Translations under genes and position numbers: made by a program
Shown here: one piece after another, positions 36,210 through 46,791 of the stretch
How positions within the stretch are numbered: the first letter of the stretch is position 1
How the letters are laid out: each line of letters starts with the position of its first letter
The notes under the pieces: model-generated
The model's input: the letters and a program-made list of their open reading frames with translations, nothing else
What the model was told of the DNA's origin: nothing
The model's database searches: none
Assembly (NCBI GenBank): GCA_964247055.1
Contig: OZ176052.1
Coordinates: forward strand, 8,804,001 to 8,868,000
From: Paragordius varius
Lineage: Eukaryota > Animalia > Nematomorpha
Length of the DNA stretch: 64,000 bases
Reading direction: 5' to 3'

Positions 36210-37212
36210 GGGTGGGGTGACATAAAAGTCGCACTTAAATTGTAAGCCAAGCGTGGCAAGTTGAGCAACTTAAGCCAGCAAGTGTACACTTTAAGGTTGA
36301 TGATAAAAAACACTTAGGTCAAGTCTTTTGCTTATAACATTTTTTTGCCAACCAATTCGAATTTTACAGAAATTATTTTGATCATTTTTAACCAAAATTT
36401 ATGAAATAAGGCACAAAAGATAAACAATTAATACAATATGCATTTACTGACGTTTTTCAAACTCACTGACAAGTATCTTATTTAATATTATAGAATTTTT
36501 TAAATATTGAGCCTGGTAATTATTTTTAGATTAATGGAACCATTCGCCCTTAAAACACTTTTCATTATTTAGCACACTACTTGTTTTGTTTGGAGTCCAG
36601 TTGCAATTATAATGGGAAGATGTTTATACAATTACATAATTATTTCTAATTGATTGTAAACATTACATTCGAATAAATTTATGATAAAATTAATTCTTTA
36701 CATTAATAGTGAAGTAACCTTTTGCTTTTAATAAACGAAGATTTGAATTTTACAAGATTAATATTTAATTATTAATTTTAAGAAATTTTCGAGAAATCAA
36801 TTTTTTTGCGGTCACGTTATATTTTTAGCATTTTTATATATGCCATGTTATTAAATATTAGCAGAGTTTTTCTATAAATTTATCCTCTTTTGTATCCACC
36901 CAATGAATAGATTAATTAGCCAAAATATATTAAATTAACATGTTATAGCATTAACAAATGTTTGAATTACATATAAAACCTAAATTTTATACATAAATAG
37001 GTCATATCCATATTTTAAATCTGTCAAGTGTGCCCTACACCACACTTGCAAAATCTTTAAGTTTTACTAAAACATATGATTTTTTATCACCTTCTTATCA
37101 AGTTTTCTTGCTTGACTTAAGTCGTGTAATGTCAATTTTTTTTATCACATGAAAGCAAGCCTGACTTGAAAAACTTGCAAGTCAAGACAAAAATTTTTTT
37201 ATCACCCGACCC
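36210..37212. mobile_element. 1.0-kb non-autonomous DNA element (family B; GGG termini, 3-bp TSD, PIF/Harbinger-like), copy 1
   Basis: GGGTGGGGTGAC...TATCACCCGACCC flanked by AAA/AAA. No ORF. Confidence 0.72.
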
Positions 37213-37339
37213 AAAGTATTTATAATATAAGTACAAACATTTGCTATGGTTTCAATTCCTTCCATATTTTTTGAGTATTTAATTTTAAAAAGCCATGAAT
37301 ATTTAACTGCCCTAATTTGAGACAAAGATTGAAATTAAT

Positions 37340-38373
37340 GGGTGGGGTGATAAAAAAAGTTTTTTGACTTGACTTGCAAGTTTTTCAAGTCATGGCTTAC
37401 TTTCATGTGATCAAAAAAATTTAACATTGGACTACTTAACTCAAGCAAAAAAACTTGATTCGAGGGTGACAAAAAATCATATGATCCAGTAAAACTTAAA
37501 GATTTGGCAAGTGTGGTGTAGGAAACACTTGACACATTTAAAAATATGGATAAAATTATTTTGGAAACTATTTTTGTATAAAATTTAGGTCTTATATGTA
37601 ATTCAAACCTTTGTTAATGCTATAAAATGTTAATTTGATAAATTTTGGCTAATTAACCTATTCATTGATTGGATACAAAAGAGGATAAATTCATAGAAAA
37701 ACTCTGCTAATATTTAAGAGCATGGTATATAAAAATATGCTATATAATTTCGTGAACGCAAAAAAATTTGATTCGCGAAAATTTCTTAAACATAATTATT
37801 ACATATTAATCTTGTAAAATTTCAAATCTTCGTTAATTAAACGCTAAAGGTTACTTCACTATTAACTAATCAAGAATTTATTCCATCATAAATTTATTTC
37901 GAATGTAATGTTGATAAACAATTAAAAATAATAAATATGTTATATTGTATAAACATCTTCCCATTATAATTGCAACTGGACTCCAAACAAAACAAGTAGT
38001 GTGATAAATAATAAAAAGTGTTTTAAGGGCGAATGGTTCCATTAATCTAAAAATTATTACCAGGCTCATTATTTAGAAAACTCTATAATATTAAATAAGA
38101 TACGTGCCAGTGAGTTTTAAAAACTTCAATAAATGCATATTGTATTAATTGTTTATCTTTTTGCCTTATTTCATAAATTTTGGTTGAAAATAATCAAAAA
38201 AATTTCCATAAATTCGAATTGGGTGGCAAAAAAATGTTACATTCATAAGCAAAAGACTTGACTTAAGTGTTTTTTTATCACGGATCCTCAAGTGTACACT
38301 TGCTGGCTTAAGTAAACTTGATTAACTTGCCACGCTTGAATTACAAAAGTGCGACTCTTTTATTACCCCACCC
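37340..38373. mobile_element. Family B copy 2, inverted relative to copy 1
   Basis: GGGTGGGGTGATAAAA...TTACCCCACCC flanked by AAT/AAT. Reverse-complement similarity to 36210-37212 along its length. Confidence 0.72.
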
Positions 38374-39039
38374 AATGTGTTAGTAAAAGTTTAAATTATT
38401 GCAAAATAAACCACTTTTTCTCTTTCTATCAATATTAGATGTGAGTTAAATAAAAAAATATATTTGATTTCCCTTTAAAATTTCGATTTAAATGGGGGTA
38501 TCTAAATATCCAGGCAATATTAAATTTGATATTTTTATAAAACTACTGAAAAAAATGGTCCCACTTTAAATTTATGCTTCTATCCTCACAAAAATTATAT
38601 AAATCAGCCGAAATCTATATAGTTATAAAAATGGAAAATGCTGGCTTGATCTGTTTCCGGAAAACCAGATTTAAATCCAAATATCGTAAAAATATAATCA
38701 TTAATGAATGCCCAGACAATAGCTTCGCTCTTTTTTTGAAATAGGCCCCTTCGGGCCCACCCCGTGTGAAAAATGGGTTTTTTTTAAAACAGAAGTCCAC
38801 AAAAATCGTGTCTTTGAGACAATTTTCCGGAGAACGTGTTGGACCATTCAATTTCAAATATCATTTTTTTACTTATATACGATTGCGCCGAAGATAGTCG
38901 GCTCGCTTTTTTATTTTAAGACCTCTTTTTACCCGCTCCCCCCGTAATATGCCATTTTTTTGAATCTATTTTTCACCCAAGTAAACAATATATTAGTATG
39001 AATACCCCGTTTTGAAATTCCTGTGAGATCATAGCTATG

Positions 39040-39739
39040 TAGTGTGATAAAGAAATAAAAATTGTTTTAAGGGCGAATGGTTTCAAGCCAGTGAGTTTAA
39101 AAAACGTCAATAAATGCATATTGTATTAACTGTTTATCTTTTTGTGCCTTATTTCACAAATTTTGGCTGAAAATGATCAAAATAATTTCTGTAAAATTCG
39201 AATCGGGTGGCAAAAAAATGTTACATTCATAAGCAAAAGAATTGACATAAGTTTTTTTATCACCGATCTTCAAGTGTACACTTGCTGGCTTAAGTAAAAT
39301 TGCTCAACTTCCCACGCTTGACTTACAATTCAAGTGCGACTTTTTTATCTTTAAAAATACTTGATATTACTTATTTTAAGCTAGAACCGAAAGGTAAAAA
39401 TTTGGTCAACCTGACATGTGTGAAATGGTAAAATTAAAAAAAATACAAAATAAACCGTTTTTACTATTTCAATGTAATTTAAATAAATATTTAGCTTTAA
39501 TTTTACTCTTAAAATTAAATGAAGGCGACATTTTGCAAAAATTTTGTAAAATAAAAATGGCGTCGGAGTAGTTTGACATGGAACTTTTTTAACAAAATAT
39601 TATTTAAATATTTTGGCATATTTATATATTATTAGGAAATGAGCATAAATTTAAATTAGCACCGTTTTTTTAGTAGTTTTTCAAAACTCCTAGCTCAAAT
39701 TTAGTCTGGTATTTAGATACCCCAATTTAAATCGAAGTG
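39040..39739. mobile_element. Composite: deleted family B fragment (about 39040-39350) joined to a truncated family A MITE (about 39350-39739, minus)
   Basis: 39040-39350 aligns with 37995-38355. The family A left end ...GATACCCCAATTTAAATCGAAGTG|TTAA ends at 39739. Confidence 0.65.
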
Positions 39740-41096
39740 TTAACAAAATGCCAAAAATTAAATTTTTAAAAAAATTATTTTTAAAAATTTTTTAGTTGAT
39801 TTCAAAATTTAGTATATATTATAAATTTTTATTGCGCCGCATTCTGGGCTTTGCGTTTTTAAGGAAAACCCATTTTACAAAGAGAGAAAAAAATCGAGAC
39901 TTTCCGAGCACCCATCTAAAAATATTTTTTTTTTAAATATTTGTTTCATTTTTGTATGTCTTTTATGATATATTTTTCGTGATATTCTCTTAAAAGAAGC
40001 ATTTAGATTCAAAAAATTATTTAAAAAAAGTGTGGTCGCAAATTTTGCCTATGGAGAACTTACCACAAAATTGTAAATAACTTTTTTAAATCACTCGCAA
40101 TGCTCAACAAATGCACCATGACAATATTGATCCATTATATCAGAATATATATATTTTATCAATAATTTTTTGTGAACACTGTGTAGCTAGTTTCCGGCAA
40201 ATTGCTTTAAGGCCAATATAAATCTTAATAATGAGAACCTCATCATTAACCACACAATTATTTAAAAACCGCCATTTTAGATAATGGGCAAAACTGTGGC
40301 TCAAAACTTAAAAACTCTCGGGCTTTTTAAAAATAAAAGCACCTTATTGAATTTGAATGGGCCCACATGTTTCAGATATTTGTTCAATGCGACTTAACAA
40401 TGTGCCAATTGGAAAAAATGAGTCCTGTGACGCATTTATGTAAAAACTCTGTATCTATTTTTAAATTTAAATTGATCAACACGTTGCTTGAAAACCAATA
40501 TTTGTTCAAACCCACTCTTTGGAGCCTAGGTCTGGCCAAGGGACTTATACATAAAAATGGTTTTGTCGCCCAAAATCAAAAAAATATTTTTGATTTTGAC
40601 CCTAACCGCCAATTTTGCGCACTGTAAAAAGGGCGCTGTCACCCCTGACGCTTAAAAATCAAAAATCCACTATTAATTTTGAACAGCCGTTTACGTTTAT
40701 CGAATTGTTTTTACCAATATTTTTAAACCTTCAGTTTTCGGAACAGTGGGCATGAGAGGTTTATTAAAAAATCGTTCTCTATTCCCCGCACAATTCTACT
40801 GAGCCTACGCGCCAGTATTTTCCTACTGAGTAATTTTAAAGGTTTAAAATTATCACTCATTAAAATATTATAGTTAGATAAATATTTATTTTATGTGTTT
40901 AAATATATATATATATATATATATATATCCAATATCAACCATAGTGAAGCTTGATTTATAAAATCCATGTGTGTTTGCACCCTAAATGTTTGTCAGACGA
41001 GCTTTAAAGAAATAAACGAAACTTAAATTAGGTTATACACAAAGGTTTATTAACCTTAGTTTATATAATCTATTTTGTCTTTTTAGATGATTTTAA

Positions 41097-41638
41097 CACG
41101 ATACAACACATTCATTTTAGTCCTTCGATTCAAATTGGGTAGTTAAATACCCCAGGCCTGTTTAAAATTAAATTCTTAAAAAATATGGAAGGAATTGAAA
41201 CCATGGCAAAATTTTGCACCTATATAACATTAATAAACCGAAATATGTAGAAAATTTTATTCAAAAATACTTGTTATTACCTATTTTAAGCTAAAACCGA
41301 AAGGTAAAAATTTTGTCAACGTGACATGTGTACAATAGTAAAATTGAAAAATAATACAAAATAAACCGCTTTTTCTATTTCTATCAATGTTAGATGTAAT
41401 TTAAAAAATTAGCATGTATTTTACCCTTAAAATTAAATGAAGACGATATTATGCAAAAATAAATGGCGTTGAAGTAGTTTGACATGAATCTTTTTTTTCA
41501 AAACAGAATTTTATTTAGATATTTTTAATAAATTAGAAGCATACATTTAAATTGGGACCGTTTCCTTCAGTAGTTTTTTAAAAATCTTAATTCAAATTTA
41601 GTCTGGGGTATTTAGATACCCCAATATTAATCGAAGTG
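41097..41638 (-). mobile_element. piggyBac-type MITE (family A)
   Basis: TTAA at 41093-41096 and 41639-41642; full family A structure in reverse orientation. Confidence 0.85.
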
Positions 41639-42270
41639 TTAATAGATTATTTAGCAAAATCACAAAAACGGTTTTATTTAAAAATTTAAATTTCTATGAA
41701 GTTACTTCAACTGTTTTGATTTTTTTAAAAATTTTGGCGATTCGCATATTATCTCAAAAGATTTGTTTTTTAATTTTTTAATTTATTTTTGTTATATGAT
41801 GCTTGTGAACACATTTCTTTTGGCTTTTAAATCATCCACTCTTTCTGATGAGAAACGTACAAGCCGTACTCTCAAATTCAAACATTAAATAATGTTCTCC
41901 GCGAATTTATAAGAGAATTAATATTCAAATAGGGTTTTTACTAAAATTGCTTTTATATAGTACAAAATACCAAATCAGAAGGGTTTATGTAAATTAAGGG
42001 AACCATTTTAAAAATGGTTCACCATTAGCGGCACATTCATAAAATGTTAATTATGGAATTATGGTTTGCGCGTTTCCCCCGGAAATTGCGCTAAAATCAA
42101 TATTTATTGAAAAAGTCTATTTTTAGGCGGAATAGTGACTCTGTTACCAGCACATTTACATTTAGCTATTGCGTAATTACAAAATTTAATCTGTTTTTTT
42201 TCAATAAAATTAATAATGAGTTATTCTTATTCACAGCGCATAAATGGGGTGGGGGAATGTAAGAATGATA

Positions 42271-42722
42271 AAACTTGTATTTTCTATAAATAAATATATC
42301 CGAATTAACATGAGTGTTTTGTAGGAGAAGCATATTACAGTCAAAATAACTTTAATTGTATTCTTTTAAATTTGGCTCTCAAATGTATCAAATATAATAA
42401 GTGTTATTCAATCACCTTAATTAAAATGGACCCATTTGGTTTCCGAAATATTGCTTGAAAGCCAAGTTCTACATTTTTTAATTTCAAAATCTTAATAAAC
42501 TTGTATTTTCTATAAATAAATATATCCGAATTAACATGAGTGTTTTGTAGGAGAAGCATATTACAGTCAAAATAACTTTAATTGTATTCTTTTAAATTTG
42601 GCTCTCAAATGTATCAAATATAATAAGTGTTATTCAATCACCTTAATTAAAATGGACCCATTTGGTTTCCGAAATATTGCTTGAAAGCCAAGTTCTACAT
42701 TTTTTAATTTCAAAATCTTAAT
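42271..42722. repeat. Perfect 226-bp tandem duplication (42271-42496 and 42497-42722)
   Basis: The two units read identical by eye. Confidence 0.9.
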
Positions 42723-42828
42723 ACAATAAGATTTGAATCTGTTAAAAAACTGTATTTATCTATATATATATATATATATATATATGCGTGTTCATAGTTA
42801 AATGAATATAAATATGCGAAATATTATA

Positions 42829-43692
42829 TACCATTTACAATTTAAATCCACCCTAAGCAAATTAATTCATCCTAAAAATAAATTACATGTTTTCGGGCAA
42901 ATATAACTCGTCATTAATGTGAAATATATCTTTATGGTTTAGGTTATAGTTTTTGAATTATTTTAATAACCAAAATTTTAATAAAAATATAAAAAATTAG
43001 GTAAATTTTCATTTAAAACAAAATTTATTTTAAGGTGATTTGAATTGTTCGAAGGTGAATTCGGATTGCTCAAGTGTAAATGTGAATTGTTCAAGGGTTA
43101 ACACTTCGATTCAAATTGGTGTATCTAAATACCCCAGATTAAATTTAAACTAATATTTTTAAAAAACTATTGAAGGAAACGGTCCCAATTTAAATTTATG
43201 CTTCTATCCTGATAAATATTATATAAATATGCCAAATTATCTTTATAAAATTTGGTTTTGAAAAAAAAGTTCTATCTCAAACTACTTCGACGCCATTTTT
43301 ATTTTACAAAATTTTTGCAAAATATCGTCTTTATTTAATTTTAAGGGTAAAACTAAAGTTTTTTATATAAATTACATCTAACATTGATAGAAATAGAAAA
43401 AGCGGTTTATTTTGTATTATTTTTCAATTTTACTATTGCACACATGTCACGTTGACGAAATTTTTACCTTTCGGTTTTGGCTTAAAATAAGTAATATCAA
43501 GTATTTTCGAATAAAATTTTTTATATATTTCGGTTTATTAATGTTAGATAAGTGCAAATTGCCATGGTTTCGATTCCTTCTATATTTAAAGATTTAATTT
43601 TAAACAGGCCTGGGGTATCCAACTACCCCAATTTAAATCGAGGACTAAAATGAGTGTGTTGTATCCAAGTGTTAATTTAACTGTAAATGGTA
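42829..43692. mobile_element. Family D foldback-like MITE carrying a nested family A MITE
   Basis: TA|TACCATTTAC at 42829 and GTAAATGGTA|TA ending at 43692. Removing the insert plus one TTAA leaves about 290 bp similar to 35884-36158. Confidence 0.72.
43102..43671 (+). mobile_element. piggyBac-type MITE (family A), nested
   Basis: TTAA at 43098-43101 and 43672-43675; CACTT/AAGTG ends. Confidence 0.88.
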
Positions 43693-43771
43693 TATTACAA
43701 GCATTGAATGGGGATATGAGATATCATGTAATAACATTTCTCTTACGTTTTATTGCTTACCGTTTGCTCGT

Positions 43772-46033
43772 ATGGCAAAGAAATCATATGACTACTTATT
43801 CAAGCTTCTTTTGATAGGAGATTCAGGAGTAGGAAAGACATGCATTTTATATCGTTTCTCCGTAGATCTCTTTGATCAAAATTATATATCTACGATTGGT
43901 TAATCGTTTTTTTATTTAAAGGTATTGATTTCAAAGTTAAAACGATTGAAATGGAAGGCAAAAAAATCAAACTCCAAATATGGTTATAATTTAATTAAAA
44001 CTCCTTAGGGATACAGCAGGACAAGAAAGATTTCACACTATTACAACATCATATTACCGAGGTGCTATGGGTATCATGTTAGTTTATGATATTACCCAAC
44101 CTAAAACATTTGAAAACATATCCAAATGGTTACGAAATATTCAAGAAGTAATGCGATTTAATAAAGTTTAAAGTATTATTTATATTGATAAAAACGCTAA
44201 TATATCTTTGCATACTTGGTGAGAATTTTGGATATGGTTTTTTTTTAATTAGTTATTTTAAAATTTATTTAAATGCTAAATTAAAATCATGATATAATTA
44301 AAATCTTAAAAAATTTATTAAACTGACATTAAATATAAATTTCGCTTAACTATTGGTATTTAAACTATTTTTTTAAAATTAATATCCAAATACTTTTAGG
44401 GTTTGGCCCAAACTTATCTATTGTAGTGACTTATCATTAGTAAATAAATTTAAACAGGCGCATATTTTAAGTTTTTCATGGTTTTCAGTGCTTTTCTTAA
44501 TTTCTAAGGTTAAACACTTGTTAGCCCTTAATTACCTTTTTGAATTTTTATATTAAGAATAATTATTAGTGTAATTCTTATATGACTTGTAAAATCAAAT
44601 TATAAGGAAACCTGTTTTTGCTAAAATATGTAACATACTTATAATAAATAAGAAAGCTAAATTTTTTAAATTTGGTAACTTCTTAAAGATTATTGAAATA
44701 AACCTCAAACGCTTTTTATAGTGCTAATTTTAAAAAATGCTGTCAAAATCATGTTAATAAATTTACATAATATTTTTTTTACTATTCAGAAATCCAATAA
44801 AAAATGCGAAAAATTGGCGGCAAAGTGTAGAAGAGGATTTTATCAAAATGCCCATTATTTAAAAATAGTTTCAAAAATACGCCTAAAAGTCTATAAATTC
44901 AAATTTTTAAATTTGGTCCAGCGTTATAGATATCATTTCGAATGTTTGTGAGGATAATTGTTAGTTTTTTTAGTCTAAATTTTTTATTTACCAATGAATT
45001 CACCTTATTTCCAATTCGGTTTTTATCTTTTTGTTTTTCATATTTGATTAGATTTATTTTCCATTGTTTTTTAAAATGGTTGATTTTGATTATACTTTTT
45101 TGTTGGACATAATGATAATCATAAAATGATATTATCAAAAAATATATTGTACCATTCATTTAAAAATAGAGTGTATTCGAATTCAAATAAAAATCGGTCA
45201 TTGTAAAAAAATCAAATAAAGGATACATACGATTAGGAACTGTGATTACGGTTTAATAAACGTTTTTTAACCGTTTCGTTTCTCCATAAAAATGGCATAA
45301 TTTTTTCCACTATGTCTGGTTTTTTTTTATAACTATAACTCGTTCTACGGTATTTCTATAGATATGTATTAAATCATCAAATTATTTTCTAATTTTTTAA
45401 GTGGGCAATAATTTTGATACTCTCTAAAATATGACCAAATATAGTATTTTAAAATATTTATAATATTTTATCATTTATTTACGGTTGCTTTACAAAATTT
45501 TGGGAGACTATAATGTATTACAAACTCTGTTTTTTTAGCACGGGATAGAGGAAGTCGAAAAAATTTTGATTGGGAATAAATGTGATATGGAAGACAAACG
45601 TATGGTATCAAAAGAAATGGGCGAAAAAGTTTTTTTTGACCTCAAATTTATAATTATAGATAGCTTATGCTAATAATATAAGATTTTTGGAAACAAGTGC
45701 CAAGGAAAACATTAATGTGGAAGAAGCATTTAACATTCTGACAAAAGCAATTTTAGACAAGGTACAATATTTCATTTAATTATTTCGTAAAAGTAATTTT
45801 AAGCAAAATTTTTATAAAAACTATTGTTTGGAATTTAATTTTATGATTTTTTTAGTGTAATTAGCTTCTCTTAAATTTATTTCGCAACAAAAAATACCTT
45901 TTTATTTCAAAAACACTATATATAACCTTTATTGTAATAGGTCATCGCTAAAGAACGTGAAAAACCAACGAACCCCACTAATTCCCTTCAATTAAATCCA
46001 AATCAACGGACAAGCTCTTCAAGATGTTGTTAA
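43772..46033 (+). CDS. RAB10: Rab10 small GTPase, 203 aa
   Basis: Exons 43772-43898, 43922-43982, 44009-44147, 45539-45628, 45660-45761, 45941-46033. Translation [24 protein letters not shown]...[30 protein letters not shown]...GNKCD...ETSAK...[12 protein letters not shown] is diagnostic for Rab10. Confidence 0.95.
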
Positions 46034-46791
46034 AGTTTAAGCTTAGCCTTTTAAACTCAGACATTTTTTCCTTATATTACTGATGGGAACAAAAACCAAA
46101 AATCTCTCTCCATTTTATAGGAAAACTGTTTAGCCGATAATATTTATGTGATACTTGACAAACCTAAATACATTGATATGTATAGTAAAATAACCCTAAT
46201 TTAATTGAGAAGCTATCATTTATTTTTCATGTATGCTTTTTAACATTTTGGATATAAAATGTATTTTTTATCAATGTATATTATTATTATTTTGGTTTAA
46301 TGTAATATTGATTCTTTTTCCTTACTCTTACAAATAATAAGCGCCGTTTTACTTTTCATGGATAAAAATTGGCAAACCCTGGTGTGAGACTACTGTAGGC
46401 TTATTTTTATAATATCATCCATTAATTTATTTATATTTAAGCGCTTTATTATAACATCCACTCTCATTAAATTACTACTCCTCTCTTATGTGAATGAATG
46501 ATTATTAAATAAAATAATTTAATGTGCTGATAATATTATTATAAGTGGCTTAGCCATTACCATTATATATATTAATTAATAAAACTTTTGTATAAACTTA
46601 TTTATATTATACAGCGAGGTGTGGCAAAATAGAATACAGTTGAATGGTTATAATATTTACAAGGATTTTTCGTGCCAATTTTTTTTAATAATATATCAAT
46701 AGAATATATTTTAAGAGTAGAGGAAATCATATAAAATATATAACCTATAAAGATTTTTTAAAATATACTACATATAATTTATAAATTCATT

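Noticed and set aside
40200-40650. Faint mariner-like peptide traces on the minus strand (QIQ*GA), also near 38640-38700
   Set aside because: Too degenerate to support; no TIR or TSD could be delimited.
42000-42020. Short palindrome GAACCATTTTAAAAATGGTTC
   Set aside because: A single short AT-centred hairpin with no supporting context.
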